Positions 1 through 9,497 are shown, counted from the stretch's first letter. The stretch is DNA of 32,000 nucleotides from Cylindrospermopsis raciborskii Cr2010 (GCF_003367075.2 NZ_CP065936.1:2640001-2672000); one strand, 5' to 3'. The notes: generated from the letters alone by a model not told the origin. Program-made: numbers and translations.

Positions 1-42
1 CTGTGGGAGAAGAATATTCTTGGAGGGAGGCCTAGAAAATGA
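1..42 (+). CDS. 3' terminus of a gene entering from the window edge. Product unknown; plausibly the ATPase partner of the following DUF4276-like gene.
   Basis: Frame 1 reads LWEKNILGGRPRK-stop with no earlier stop. Its TGA (40-42) overlaps the next ATG (39-41) as ATGA, a typical coupled-operon junction. The function is inference only. Confidence 0.3.
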   Translation: MWEKNILGGRPRK

Positions 43-491
43 TTCGCGTTCACATCATTTGTGAAGGACAGACAGAAGAAGATTTTATCAAAGAGGTATT
101 GCGTCCCCATTTTTCCCAAAAGGGAATAGCAGTCTACCCCTCCCTCATTGGTAAGCCAGGTCACAAGGGAGGTAATTTCAAGATTGAACGCCTACTGAAT
201 GATGTGCGTAACCGCATCAAAGGGGACACAGAGGCTTTCTGTACTACTATGTTTGACTACTATGGTCTTCCCACCTCATTTCCTGGGAAGACTACAAGCA
301 CTGCGGGGATGACCTCAGAAGAAAAATCAAATATCCTGTGTCGGGAGCTAGCACAGGTGATTGAGAGTCAGCGATGTTACCCTGGGATAAGAAACTTCGC
401 TGCTGTCTGTACATCTTTATCACCCCTACCAGAACAATTAATCACAATTCGTGGACTACCTACTAACTGGGGACATAAAGTTTCTAAATAA
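39..491 (+). pseudogene. DUF4276-family protein, 3'-truncated remnant
   Basis: The first ~110 aa (MIRVHIICEGQTEEDF..VLRPHF..GKPGHKGGN..TTMFDYYGLPTSFPGK) fit the DUF4276 signature as I remember it. The expected C-terminal half is absent. From nt 377 the ORF only runs antisense through the 3' end of trpB (115-nt overlap). Confidence 0.55.
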
Positions 492-1639
492 GCGATCGCA
501 TGGGATGTTTCCAAAGCTGGTATAATCCCCTCCAATTGGGAAAGTCTTTGAAAAGCCTCTAAAGCTTCCCTATCTGTTACACTATAATATTCAGCTCTAC
601 CGGTATCCTTCATATAACTGTGTTCTGGTCCAACACCAGGATAATCAAGTCCTGCACTAATAGAGTGTGGCTCAATAACCTGCCCCTCCCCGTCTTGTAG
701 CAAATAACTCATAGCACCATGCAATACACCCACTTGTCCTTTGGTCAAAGTAGCAGCATGTTTACCAGTATCCACCCCTTCACCAGCTGCTTCCACACCA
801 ATTAATCGTACAGAAGGTTCTTTAACAAACTCATGGAAAAGTCCCATAGCATTAGAACCCCCTCCCACACAAGCCAAAAGAATATCTGGTAAACCGCCCC
901 ATTTTTCCATAGCTTGCTCCCGGGTTTCCCGACCAATCACAGCATGAAAGTCTCGCACCATCATGGGGTAAGGATGGGGACCAGCAACTGATCCTAGAAT
1001 ATAGTGAGTTGTTTCCACATTAGTCACCCAATCCCGAATGGCTTCAGATGTGGCATCTTTAAGAGTACCTGTTCCCGCAGCTACCCCCCTCACTTCCGCA
1101 CCCATTAATCGCATTCTAAATACATTTAAAGATTGGCGTTCCATGTCATGAACGCCCATATAAATAACACATTTTAAACCAAACCGGGCGCATACCGTTG
1201 CTGTAGCTACCCCATGCTGTCCTGCTCCGGTTTCAGCAATAATTCGCTCTTTACCCATGCGTTTGGCTAAAAGTACCTGACCAAGAGCATTATTAATTTT
1301 ATGAGCACCTGTATGATTTAAATCCTCACGCTTTAAATAAATTTGCGCCCCAGTACCATCAGGAAGAGCATAATGAGCAGTAAGTCTTTGGGCAAAGTAT
1401 AAAGGTGTGGAGCGTCCTACATAGTCTTTTAGTAAAGCCTGTAATTCCGTTTGAAAATCCGACTCCTGACGATAACGCTGATAAGCCGCTTCCAATTCAA
1501 ACAAAGCTGGCATTAAAGTTTCTGGAACATATTTGCCCCCAAAGCGACCAAAACGTCCCAGACTATCGGGGACAGAACTAGCTTGGGACAGGTTAGGAGA
1601 AAGGGGAGTAGTAATCACAGATTCATTAAAAAGAGACAA
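377..1639 (-). CDS. trpB: tryptophan synthase beta chain
   Basis: 420-aa ORF with hallmark TrpB motifs: [21 protein letters not shown] (PLP lysine), [15 protein letters not shown]. Confidence 0.95.
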   Translation of the reverse strand: MSLFNESVITTPLSPNLSQASSVPDSLGRFGRFGGKYVPETLMPALFELEAAYQRYRQESDFQTELQALLKDYVGRSTPLYFAQRLTAHYALPDGTGAQIYLKREDLNHTGAHKINNALGQVLLAKRMGKERIIAETGAGQHGVATATVCARFGLKCVIYMGVHDMERQSLNVFRMRLMGAEVRGVAAGTGTLKDATSEAIRDWVTNVETTHYILGSVAGPHPYPMMVRDFHAVIGRETREQAMEKWGGLPDILLACVGGGSNAMGLFHEFVKEPSVRLIGVEAAGEGVDTGKHAATLTKGQVGVLHGAMSYLLQDGEGQVIEPHSISAGLDYPGVGPEHSYMKDTGRAEYYSVTDREALEAFQRLSQLEGIIPALETSHAIAYLETLCPQLVGSPRIVINCSGRGDKDVQTAAKFLIPG

Positions 1640-1676
1640 CAGGGTTAATTTTAAGAGTTAATTCTAATTCTATATT

Positions 1677-1701
1677 CTATCTGCAATTATCTTGCAGATA
1701 G
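1677..1701 (-). terminator. Perfect 10-bp stem / 5-nt loop palindrome between ndhJ and trpB; candidate operon terminator or processing hairpin.
   Basis: CTATCTGCAA-ttatc-TTGCAGATAG seen directly. The downstream sequence is A/T-rich but has no clean U-tract. Confidence 0.3.
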
Positions 1702-1735
1702 ATATTAATCTGGACAAGAGCATGAAAAATGCTAC

Positions 1736-2251
1736 TTAATAAGCATCTTGCAACTCGTAGAAATCCGGCGAAATGTAGTCCTTACGCAAAGGCCAACCCA
1801 CCCAATCTTCAGGCATCAGGATTCGTTTCAAATTGGGATGACCCTCATAAATAATACCAAACATGTCATAGGATTCCCGTTCTTGCCAGTCAGCAGTCCG
1901 CCAAATCCAGTACACAGATGGTACAACGGGATTCTCTCTGGGTAAGAATACCTTAAGTCTTACCTCAGCTGGTTTATCAGCATCACTACTGACCTTAATC
2001 AAATGGTAAACACTAACCAAATCCTGCCCAGGACCTAAATCAATACCTCCTTGAAACTGGAGATAATTAAACCCATAAGCATATAAAGCCGTTGCAGTGG
2101 GTAGTAAAAAATCCGGTGCCACCTTAATAATTTCTACCCCATTGACATCAGGACTTAAAGACTCATGGTCAAAGCCATTTTCCGTTAACCAGGTAGAAAC
2201 CTGACCTGCAGGAACCAGTTTAGATTCCGCTTGAGACTCCACATCAGCCAC
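1736..2251 (-). CDS. ndhJ: NAD(P)H-quinone oxidoreductase (NDH-1) subunit J
   Basis: 171-aa ORF with NdhJ/NuoC-like sequence ([26 protein letters not shown]). It overlaps ndhK by 8 nt in the conserved ndhC-K-J order. Confidence 0.93.
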   Translation of the reverse strand: MADVESQAESKLVPAGQVSTWLTENGFDHESLSPDVNGVEIIKVAPDFLLPTATALYAYGFNYLQFQGGIDLGPGQDLVSVYHLIKVSSDADKPAEVRLKVFLPRENPVVPSVYWIWRTADWQERESYDMFGIIYEGHPNLKRILMPEDWVGWPLRKDYISPDFYELQDAY

Positions 2252-2981
2252 GCTTTTGTTCCTCCTTTGTCCTAGATGTCAACAGTGCGGGTGGTACAGG
2301 CATACCAATTGCCTGAGTTAATTCCTTGGGTGGATTATAGCGAGTTTCTGATTGTAAATACCTACCAGTTAAAATCTCTGGAACTGGTTTCATACTGTGG
2401 GTAGTACTGTAATAGCGATGGGTTTGCTTAATTTGATCCCGTTCCTGCATAGAATCATTAGCAATTTTTTTGCGCAACTTAATAATTGCATCAATAATTG
2501 CTTCCGGACGAGGAGGACAACCGGGTAAATACACATCTACAGGAATTAACTTATCTACCCCGCGCACCGCACTAGGAGAGTCCACGCTAAACATCCCACC
2601 AGTAATAGTACAAGCTCCCATGGCGATCACATACTTAGGTTCAGGCATTTGTTCATAAAGACGTACCAATTGAGGACCCATCTTCATGGTAATTGTGCCA
2701 GCAGTAATCAATAAATCAGCTTGACGGGGGCTAGAACGGGGAATTAACCCAAAACGGTCGAAGTCGAAACGAGAGCCAATTAAAGCGGCAAATTCAATGA
2801 AACAGCAAGCTGTACCAAATAACAAAGGCCACAAACTAGAAAGCCTAGCCCAGTTATAGAGGTCATCTACCGTGGTTAAAATGACGTTTTCTGACAGTTC
2901 CTGAGTAACTGTGGTGGGCCGCTCAATAGGATTAATAATTCTTTCTTTGTCTTGGGTGGTTAAATTAGAACCTACGACCAT
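2244..2981 (-). CDS. ndhK: NAD(P)H-quinone oxidoreductase (NDH-1) subunit K
   Basis: 245-aa ORF. NuoB-type Fe-S cysteines are present ([28 protein letters not shown]). Confidence 0.94.
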   Translation of the reverse strand: MVVGSNLTTQDKERIINPIERPTTVTQELSENVILTTVDDLYNWARLSSLWPLLFGTACCFIEFAALIGSRFDFDRFGLIPRSSPRQADLLITAGTITMKMGPQLVRLYEQMPEPKYVIAMGACTITGGMFSVDSPSAVRGVDKLIPVDVYLPGCPPRPEAIIDAIIKLRKKIANDSMQERDQIKQTHRYYSTTHSMKPVPEILTGRYLQSETRYNPPKELTQAIGMPVPPALLTSRTKEEQKRG

Positions 2982-3334
2982 TCTAATGCTCCTTTACGCC
3001 ATGCGTAAACTAGTGCGACTACAAGAATCGCAATAAAAATCAATGCCTCTATAAATGCCAATAGCCCTAAACGGTGGAAAGCCACTGCCCAAGGGTAAAG
3101 AAAAACCGTCTCCACGTCAAAGACAACAAAGACTAGAGCAAACATATAGTAGCGAATGTTAAATTGAATCCAGGCACCACCAAAAGGTTCCATACCGGAC
3201 TCATAAGTAGTGCGTCGTTCAGGACTGTAGCTACTAGGTCTCAGGATTTTAGATGCTGACAGCGCCAGGGCTGGAACTAGGCTACAAAGGATTAAGAAGC
3301 CTAGAAGATATTCGTAACCGCTAAGGACAAACAC
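2972..3334 (-). CDS. ndhC: NAD(P)H-quinone oxidoreductase (NDH-1) subunit 3
   Basis: 120-aa three-helix membrane protein with the NuoA/NdhC signature ([19 protein letters not shown]). It is the first gene of ndhCKJ. Confidence 0.93.
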   Translation of the reverse strand: MFVLSGYEYLLGFLILCSLVPALALSASKILRPSSYSPERRTTYESGMEPFGGAWIQFNIRYYMFALVFVVFDVETVFLYPWAVAFHRLGLLAFIEALIFIAILVVALVYAWRKGALEWS

Positions 3335-3532
3335 AATGGATATCTACCAAACTATGAGGAAAATAAGGCTGTGAGCTTCTTTTACATTATATCTTTTCGG
3401 CCTGTCTGAAATCTAGGAAACAGACAGACTAAACTATTGGATTAGGTTTTGACAATTATCGAAAAGTTTTACAAATATAATGTCATAATTTTTAACGTAT
3501 ATTTAAGATTTCCTCTCTAGGAGAATCCGACC

Positions 3533-3877
3533 ATGAGTGAACAAGCTCAAGAAGCTCTGGAGACTCAGGCGCCAGACCGTTATGAGTGTCGCGCCTGCGG
3601 TTATGTTTATGAACCAGAGAAGGGAGATGATAAATATAATATCCCAGCGGGCACAGCTTTTGCCGACTTACCGACAAATTGGAAATGTCCAGTATGTAGT
3701 GCTAAGAAAGTGGCTTTTGCCAATATTGGTCCTACGGGCACGGCTTCTGGTTTCAAAGAGAACTTAGGTTACGGATTTGGTGTTAATCAACTCACACCAA
3801 CGCAAAAAAACATCTTGATTTTTGGTGCCTTAGCCTTGGGATTCTTGTTTTTTATTAGTCTCTACGGCTTACAATAA
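3533..3877 (+). CDS. rubA: Membrane-anchored rubredoxin A
   Basis: Rubredoxin CxxC pairs (CRACGY ... CPVCSA) plus a C-terminal hydrophobic helix (ILIFGALALGFLFFISLYGL). It lies immediately upstream of ycf48, as in other cyanobacteria. Confidence 0.92.
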   Translation: MSEQAQEALETQAPDRYECRACGYVYEPEKGDDKYNIPAGTAFADLPTNWKCPVCSAKKVAFANIGPTGTASGFKENLGYGFGVNQLTPTQKNILIFGALALGFLFFISLYGLQ

Positions 3878-3937
3878 CAGCCCTCTAGGGCTAAAACCTG
3901 TAAAAATTCAACTCTTGATAAAGACTAAAACATACTG

Positions 3938-4960
3938 ATGAGTTCAATAACAAAAAAGTGGCAAGGATTATTTGCCGTGTTACTAGTGGTGCTGACCTGT
4001 ATTGCTTGTAGTAAGGTTCCATCTACCAGTTTTAACCCTTGGGAAATAATTAGTGTACCAACAGAGGAAAAACTGTTTGATATTGCCTTTACAGATGAGC
4101 CCAATCATGGTTATTTAGTAGGTAGCAATGCTACCTTATTAGAAACTAAAGATGGTGGAAAGACTTGGCAGCGTTTAGAATTAGCAGTGGAAGAGCCAAG
4201 GTCTCGTTTTGACTCTATTAGTTTCGCTGGTCAAGAAGGTTGGATTGTGGGTGAACCCTCCGTACTACTACATACCACCGATGGTGGTAAATCTTGGTCT
4301 AGCTTACCCCTGAGTCAGAAATTACCCGGTAGCCCTATTTTAGTAAAAGCTCTGGGTGAAAATGCAGCAGAAATGGCCACGGATGTGGGAGCAATATATG
4401 GGACTACAGATGGTGGTTTAAACTGGAAGGCTCAAGTAGAAACTGCTGTAGGTGTGGTGCGCAATTTAGAGCGTTCTAGTGACGGTAAATATATCGCCGT
4501 TTCTGCTAAGGGTAGTTTTTATTCTGTTTGGGAACCGGGGATGACCGCTTGGGAACCTCATAATCGCAATAGTTCCCGACGTTTGGAAAATATGGGTTTT
4601 GCTGATAACGGTCAACTGTGGTTATTAGCAAGAGGTGGTCAAGTGCAATTTAGTGACCCAGCTAAATCGGATGAGTGGTTAGAAGCTAGATATCCAGAGT
4701 TGTCTACCAGTTGGGGGTTATTAGATTTAGCTTATCGCACACCCCAGGAAATCTGGATTGGTGGCGGTAGTGGTAATTTATTACGCAGCACAGATGGTGG
4801 TCAAACCTGGGAAAAAGACCGAGAGGTGGAAGAAGTTGCTGCTAACTTATATAAGGTTGTATTTTTCAACCCTGATCAAGGTTTTATTATTGCCGATCAT
4901 GGTGTGTTGCTTAAATATAATCCCCACAAAGAAAATACCACCCCAGCTGATGTGATTTAG
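3938..4960 (+). CDS. ycf48: Photosystem II assembly/stability factor Ycf48 (HCF136 homologue)
   Basis: 340-aa ORF with a lipoprotein-like signal (LTCIACS) and repeated T(T/K)DGGxxW beta-propeller motifs. Conserved rubA-ycf48 adjacency. Confidence 0.92.
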   Translation: MSSITKKWQGLFAVLLVVLTCIACSKVPSTSFNPWEIISVPTEEKLFDIAFTDEPNHGYLVGSNATLLETKDGGKTWQRLELAVEEPRSRFDSISFAGQEGWIVGEPSVLLHTTDGGKSWSSLPLSQKLPGSPILVKALGENAAEMATDVGAIYGTTDGGLNWKAQVETAVGVVRNLERSSDGKYIAVSAKGSFYSVWEPGMTAWEPHNRNSSRRLENMGFADNGQLWLLARGGQVQFSDPAKSDEWLEARYPELSTSWGLLDLAYRTPQEIWIGGGSGNLLRSTDGGQTWEKDREVEEVAANLYKVVFFNPDQGFIIADHGVLLKYNPHKENTTPADVI

Positions 4961-5031
4961 TTGATGGTTTAGTAGCCAGAACGTCATCAACTCTTTATAT
5001 AGCGTTCTGGCACAAGCCATGATTCATAAAA

Positions 5032-6342
5032 ATGAACCAAAACAAGGAAAGACAAAAAAGAAGACCAATTGCCATTGATTTATTTTCTGGAGCGGGTGGA
5101 CTTTCTCTAGGAATAGAATCTGCTGGTTTTGAGGTAGTGATATCTATTGAAATTGATCCCGTTCACAGTGCCATTCACAACTATAATTTCCCCAACTGTG
5201 CAAATATTTGTCGAGACATATCAAATGTGTCTAGCGAAGAGTTATGGAATATTTTAAATGATAAGGATATAAATGAAGTTGATTTATTAGCTGGGGGACC
5301 GCCCTGTCAAGGATTTTCCCAAATGGGATATAGACACATAGAAGATCCCAGAAACAAATTAGTGTTTGAATATGTAAGAGTTGTCAGAGACATCAAACCA
5401 AGGTACTTTATTTTTGAAAATGTTCCTGGTATAGTGTCTGGCAAGCATAAGGGATTTATAGAGGATCTTTGTCATGAATTTATCCAGATAGGCTATAATA
5501 CCATTGTTCCGGTTTTAATTTTGAATGCAGCGGACTTTGGTGTGGCACAAAACAGATCTCGTTTAATTTTGCTGGGTTGGCGCAAGGACATGCCAAAACC
5601 AGTATATCCCGGAGTTCTGTTTGAAAAACCCACAGCAAATAGTAAAAGTAGGGAGCTATCTTCTCTACCACCATGGTTAGGAGCATCAGACGTTTTGAGT
5701 GATTTAGAGGGTGTTTCAGTTTTTATTGGGAAAGATGAAGGGCTCAGTCCTGATAAATTGGAATATTGTGGACCCCGATCTAACTTTTCCTTTGATCCCA
5801 ATGGTGTATTTGACCTATGTCACAGAAGAACCTTTACCCAAAAATTAATTTACGGTCATTTGTCCTCTACCCACACAGAACAATCAATCGTCAGATTTAA
5901 AAATGTTCCCCAAGGAGTAGTAGAACCAACAACTAGGCTCTTCAAATTACATCCTTATAGACCCTCTAACACCCTCAGAGCGGGTACAGATAGTAAACGA
6001 GGTGCACATACTGCGCCCCGACCCATACATTACTCTCATCCACGTTGTATTTCCATCCGTGAAGCTGCAAGATTACATTCCTTTCCAGACTGGTTTCAGT
6101 TTCATAGAACTATTTGGCATGGACATAGACAGATTGGCAATTCCGTACCTCCCCTATTAGCAAAGGAGATTGCCCAAAGCCTAATTGGGCTTTTAGGTTA
6201 TGACCTGAGCAAGATTCCCGTGGACAATTTACCGCCATCAGATCCGGGACTTCTTTCTTTAACTATGCACCAGGCTTGTAATTTACTTGGCGTGTGTAAG
6301 AATGTTATAGGAAAGCGGAACCGTAACAAATTAAACACATAG
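5032..6342 (+). CDS. DNA (cytosine-5)-methyltransferase, solitary (no adjacent endonuclease gene)
   Basis: All canonical m5C-MTase motifs are present: I DLFSGAGGLSLG, IV GGPPCQGFS, VI ENVPG, VIII QNRSRLILLG, IX RCISIREAARLHSFPDWFQF, X GNSVPPLLA. Confidence 0.9.
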   Translation: MNQNKERQKRRPIAIDLFSGAGGLSLGIESAGFEVVISIEIDPVHSAIHNYNFPNCANICRDISNVSSEELWNILNDKDINEVDLLAGGPPCQGFSQMGYRHIEDPRNKLVFEYVRVVRDIKPRYFIFENVPGIVSGKHKGFIEDLCHEFIQIGYNTIVPVLILNAADFGVAQNRSRLILLGWRKDMPKPVYPGVLFEKPTANSKSRELSSLPPWLGASDVLSDLEGVSVFIGKDEGLSPDKLEYCGPRSNFSFDPNGVFDLCHRRTFTQKLIYGHLSSTHTEQSIVRFKNVPQGVVEPTTRLFKLHPYRPSNTLRAGTDSKRGAHTAPRPIHYSHPRCISIREAARLHSFPDWFQFHRTIWHGHRQIGNSVPPLLAKEIAQSLIGLLGYDLSKIPVDNLPPSDPGLLSLTMHQACNLLGVCKNVIGKRNRNKLNT

Positions 6343-6370
6343 TTCATTAACAATATTAATTAAACAATAT

Positions 6371-6919
6371 ATGTCCCATTCTATCCTTCAACAAAACCTA
6401 ACACAAAAGAAAATTAGTCCAGTCAGCTTTTTTGCGGACATTCTCTTAGCAGGAATGGTATTGGGTCCATCCTTAGCTCCCTTCTTGGCCGCATCTAATG
6501 TGTTTGTACTACAAATTATCAGTAATATAATTTATTTCATAGGTGATCATGTTTGTCCTCAACCTGAAACCGGTTTAGAATTAGCGCCCCCTTACATTAT
6601 GACAGTTTGTATGCGGTGTTATGGAACAGTTACGGGATTATTAATAACACGTGTTTTGTATGGTCTAACCCAGGGGAAAGGAGTTTTTTGGTTACACCAA
6701 TATGGTTGGATGGGTGCATCCGTGGCTACAATTTTGATGACAGCTTATCCTTGGGAGTTAGCTGCTGAGGTTTTTGGTTTGTGGGAGTTTAATAATTATG
6801 TTGTTACTCCCTTTGGTTTAGTTACCGGTTTGGCTTGGGGGTTGTTTGCTATGCCACTTTTACATTCTAGTAAGAGAACTTTGTTACGGAGACTTGCTAT
6901 TTATTACAAAAAAGAGTAG
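6371..6919 (+). CDS. DUF2085-like integral membrane protein
   Basis: 182-aa polytopic ORF. The paired Cys motifs (GDHVCPQ ... VCMRCYGTVTG) resemble the CHQ...CARCTG pattern of DUF2085. Assignment is from memory. Confidence 0.5.
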   Translation: MSHSILQQNLTQKKISPVSFFADILLAGMVLGPSLAPFLAASNVFVLQIISNIIYFIGDHVCPQPETGLELAPPYIMTVCMRCYGTVTGLLITRVLYGLTQGKGVFWLHQYGWMGASVATILMTAYPWELAAEVFGLWEFNNYVVTPFGLVTGLAWGLFAMPLLHSSKRTLLRRLAIYYKKE

Positions 6920-7053
6920 GAGTGGATGCTCCAAAAATCTTTATTAATAAAATTTCCACAGGAAAACTACAAATCTTTGATCTGAAACAAAATCATTGCC
7001 ATTGATTCCCGGTCTCCCCCACAGACAGTCTCCAGGTAGGGAGTGTAATATTA

Positions 7054-7416
7054 CAGCGGTTTTCATGTAAATAAACCACAATGATTGAACCAATTAAGCG
7101 CATCCTCTCCTGTAATATAATTTACTGGACTTGTCATGCACTCATTTAGGGCTTCTAATGTTCGTGCCTCACGACTACGGAGAAATTGCTTTAATTTTGA
7201 TCAACATAATTCTATCGGAGAGTGGAGTCTCCTGTTCACTGGCATTTAGACTTTTTTTATGACGTAGACCCAACTTTTCTAAGGCTCTATGCATGGTTGT
7301 GATACTAACACTAGTGCCCGTCGTTTCTCTCAGGCGATCGCATAATTCTGAAAGTAGTAAATCATTTTTCTCATCCAGCCAAGACTTGATCATGTTTAAA
7401 TATTGGCCTGCAATTA
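7054..7416 (-). mobile_element. IS630-family remnant, internally deleted and lacking its 5' end; a relative of the copy at 10335-11381.
   Basis: 7054-7220 aligns by eye to the reverse complement of ~11217-11381, including the terminal inverted repeat (CAGCgGTTTTCATGTAAATAAACC) preceded by TA. 7222-7416 aligns to ~10615-10805. About 410 bp encoding the DDE core is missing, with the junction near 7220-7222. ORF 7175-7453 is the leftover HTH part (AGQYLNMIKSWLDEKNDLLLSELCDRLRETTGTSVSITTMHRALEKLGLRHKK). Confidence 0.85.
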
Positions 7417-7496
7417 TCTGGGAACAAAATACAGATAAATTTTCCATTCCCACAAGCTTTGATAGAATAAAAATAAATCGAGCAAAGGTAACTTTT

Positions 7497-8297
7497 ATGG
7501 CAACCCTACTCAGTGAAAGTAAATCACAGACGGGACTGGTTATCTCATGGGAAGCGTTACCCGATGATTTTCAACTAGAGGATGAACCAGTGGACAATAT
7601 AGGACAACCACTTTTAGCAGGTGCTTTATGTGAAAGTTTAGAAATCAGTGGTTTTATTCAACCACAGATGTTAATTGCTGCTAATTTTGCTTTATGTGCC
7701 ACATTAAATGCTCAATTTATCGCTAAAGCACCAGATTGGCTATATATACCTTCAGTTAAAGAAATATTGCCAGGACGCAAAAGCTATACACCCCATTTAG
7801 AAGGGGATATACCGGCTTTGGTTATGGAATTTTTGTCAGATAAAGAAGGCGGAGAATACTCATTTAAACGTACCTATCCGCCAGGAAAATGGTTTTTTTA
7901 TGAACAGATTTTGCAAGTTCCTATTTATATCATTTTTGATCCAGATGGAGGATTATTAGAATATTATCAACTGGAAGATGAACGTTATGAATTAAAGCAA
8001 CCAGACGAAAATGGTCGTCATTGGATTAAGTCAATGGGACTATTTTTAGGAACTTGGCAAGGTACAAAAGAAGGACGTACTGGCTATTGGTTGCGATGGT
8101 GGGATAAAACAGGTAATTTGTTACCTTGGGCTTTAGAACTGATTGAACAGGAACGTCAACTAGCAGAGCAGGAACGCCAACGAGCAGAGCAGGAACGCCA
8201 ACGAGCAGAACAGGAACGTCAGGAAAAAGAAAGGTTAATAGCTTACTTGCGATCGCAAGGAGTTGACCCTAATAGTTTACCTAATCATGCCAAGTAA
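7497..8297 (+). CDS. Uma2-family (DUF820) PD-(D/E)xK endonuclease with a C-terminal EQERQ(R/L)A coiled-coil repeat
   Basis: Sequence typical of the abundant cyanobacterial Uma2 family (APDWLYIP..PALVMEFLS..YFYEQILQVPIYIIFDP..). The tail is LIEQERQLAEQERQRAEQERQRAEQERQEKERLIAYLRSQGVDP. The start is set at ATG 7497 because the ORF-track start (7293) lies inside the IS630 remnant. Confidence 0.8.
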   Translation: MATLLSESKSQTGLVISWEALPDDFQLEDEPVDNIGQPLLAGALCESLEISGFIQPQMLIAANFALCATLNAQFIAKAPDWLYIPSVKEILPGRKSYTPHLEGDIPALVMEFLSDKEGGEYSFKRTYPPGKWFFYEQILQVPIYIIFDPDGGLLEYYQLEDERYELKQPDENGRHWIKSMGLFLGTWQGTKEGRTGYWLRWWDKTGNLLPWALELIEQERQLAEQERQRAEQERQRAEQERQEKERLIAYLRSQGVDPNSLPNHAK

Positions 8298-8440
8298 ATT
8301 GGCTATGTAAATGTAGACGGAACTTATCTAACATTTTGTCATCCCATTCATTAGGAACAGATACAAGAGAGTTGTTGAAAAATAAGGGATAATAATCAAG
8401 CAGACAGGTGATATTAATGAAGTTGCGGGGAATTATTAAA

Positions 8441-8645
8441 TGCAATCTCCCAAAGGGAGTGCTTCCCAATCCCCCGCAGGGAGTGCTTCGCGATCGCCCG
8501 TAGGGAGTGCTTCGCAATCGCCTTCCTGCAGATAAATCACTGTACTGAGATGAATGTTAGAATGGTAATCTGTATGGTGCGATCGCTTGTGGAATAACAG
8601 CGGAAAGCATAGTTTTATCTGTTTTACATCTATCTCCGGGTAGAT
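8441..8645 (+). repeat. HIP1-associated small dispersed repeat, copy A (diverged full-length copy with a 3x tandem 24-nt head)
   Basis: 24-nt units at 8443-8466, 8467-8490 and 8491-8514 (consensus C[A/G]ATCnCCCnnAGGGAGTGCTTC[G/C]). A body follows (CTGCAGATAAATCACTGTACTGAGATGAATGTTAGAATGGTAATCTGTATGGTGCGATCGCTT...) that aligns with 13483-13560. Confidence 0.8.
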
Positions 8646-8729
8646 TTTAGAAGGAAGTGCAAAGTCTAGAGAACAGATCGCCCTGATATAGATCCAACTC
8701 ATGGGTCTCCCCATGAGTTAGCAAAGAAA

Positions 8730-8981
8730 CTAATTAATCACAATGTGTCTTACCAGAATACTCATAACCTCCCCTGAATTACCAGTTGGCGTGAGATCGC
8801 TCCAATCCGTTGCATTAGCATAACCAAGCACATGAAGATAGTGAACCGTACTAATCACTGTCTTTTTAGTCCCAATTAACAAGTGTTTTAGTGGCTCCCG
8901 GTGACTAGCTTGTGAAACCACCCTAGAGTCAACCACTCCAGAATCATCAATGCTGCTGATGAAATTTCTAATTTGTGCCAT
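8730..8981 (-). CDS. Small conserved hypothetical protein (83 aa)
   Basis: Clean ORF. The central and C-terminal pattern (HLLIG..V..T.H.LHVLGYA...DWS.L.PT.N.GEVMSIL.RH) resembles a small protein family I recall as multi-copy in filamentous cyanobacteria. No function is known to me. Confidence 0.5.
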   Translation of the reverse strand: MAQIRNFISSIDDSGVVDSRVVSQASHREPLKHLLIGTKKTVISTVHYLHVLGYANATDWSDLTPTGNSGEVMSILVRHIVIN

Positions 8982-9005
8982 AATTTATTTGCCTCTTTTT
9001 GGGGT

Positions 9006-9056
9006 GTAAGGTGATCGAGACTTCCTATCAAGAAATAGAGATCACCTTACTTTTTT
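9006..9056 (+). other. 11-bp perfect inverted repeat (GTAAGGTGATC...GATCACCTTAC) followed by T6
   Basis: Seen directly. The 23-nt loop is large for an intrinsic terminator. The element lies in the 5' leader region of the minus-strand 83-aa gene. Confidence 0.3.
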
Positions 9057-9313
9057 CTAATTATAAAACTACTTGAACAGATATGCAATAGGTTTACAGA
9101 AAATAATTAATAATTTTTGTAAACTCTTGCGACTTGTCAAGCATAAATGAAAAATACAAAAATCTCCCACTCATTTGGTTAGAGTCAAAGTAATATCTCA
9201 CATGTCTTGTCTGTTCTCGCAATACTTTGCTCAACCCAGTCACCTCTGAACAAGGTGTTATGGGTCATTGCTGGTATCTGTTTCCTTCTGTTCCCCTTCA
9301 TTATTTTTAGCTT

Positions 9314-9438
9314 GCGATCGCTTTGCGACAGCAGAAACCAACTATATGCAAAACCTATCCGAACTACTGTGTCCGTATCAAGCTACAAGTAAAATCTGTT
9401 AAGTGCGATCTCCCGTAGGGAGTGCTTCGCAATCGCCC
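9314..9438 (+). repeat. HIP1-associated small dispersed repeat, copy B (3' module only, with a ~45-bp internal insertion)
   Basis: GCGATCGCTTTGCGACAGCA...AAGCTACAAGTAAAATCTGTTAAGTGCGATCTCCCGTAGGGAGTGCTTCGCAATCGCC is near-identical to 13541-13616. It ends 18 bp before the degenerate CRISPR repeat. Confidence 0.8.
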
Positions 9439-9455
9439 ACCTGAACCATTTAGAT

Positions 9456-9497
9456 CTTTCCATTAATTAGTTCTACTTCCTTTGAGGGAAGTAGTTT
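9456..9497 (-). repeat. Degenerate (fossil) terminal CRISPR repeat
   Basis: CTTTCCATTAATTagttctACTTCCtttGAGGGAAGtagttt keeps the CCATTnATT box and the CTTCC/GGAAG hairpin arms of the repeat, but has a ~6-nt insertion and several substitutions. It is separated from repeat 1 by a spacer-sized 38 nt (9498-9535). Confidence 0.6.

Noticed and set aside
3449-3481. TTGACA ... TATAAT pair upstream of rubA as a promoter.
   Set aside because: The spacer is 21 nt, too long for a canonical sigma70-type promoter, and there is no other support.
741-5801. Short ORFs nested in or antisense to trpB (741-947), ndhJ (1748-1945), ndhK (2470-2658), rubA (3492-3677, 3537-3767), ycf48 (4758-4955) and the C5-MTase (5480-5686, 5493-5801).
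   Set aside because: Each lies wholly within a longer ORF that has clear family motifs. Their sequences are low-complexity or unrecognisable.
5032-6342. The C5-cytosine methyltransferase as the DrmMII component of a class 2 DISARM system, or as DruM of type II Druantia.
   Set aside because: It is ~7.5 kb from the operon, separated by an IS remnant, unrelated genes and the CRISPR array. The operon also has its own adenine MTase, so a solitary Dcm-type enzyme is more likely.
6999-7009. An 11-nt match (CCATTGATTCC) to the CRISPR repeat next to the IS630 remnant, which could have been a relic of a second array or of IS transduction of array sequence.
   Set aside because: The match does not extend: there is no hairpin arm and no neighbouring repeat at spacer distance. 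By rough estimate, one 11-mer hit to a 36-nt query in 64 kb of two-strand sequence is near chance expectation.
7175-7453. 92-aa minus-strand ORF called as a separate gene, and the 7293 start of the 334-aa plus-strand ORF.
   Set aside because: The 92-aa ORF is the leftover HTH segment of the deleted IS630 copy. The Uma2 homology only begins after ATG 7497, so the upstream 68 codons are read-through of IS sequence.
8281-8714. ORFs 8281-8517 and 8436-8714 on the minus strand, and the similar 13382-13612, all starting MRSTPYGR... or containing GDREALP repeats.
   Set aside because: They are translations of the GGGAGTGCTTCGC dispersed-repeat units (the same peptide recurs wherever the repeat occurs). 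There is no independent coding signal.
9207-9392. 61-aa plus-strand ORF upstream of the array, and the 69-aa minus-strand ORF at 13125-13334.
   Set aside because: The first overlaps dispersed-repeat copy B. The second lies in a very AT-rich stretch. Neither has recognisable features or a convincing start context.
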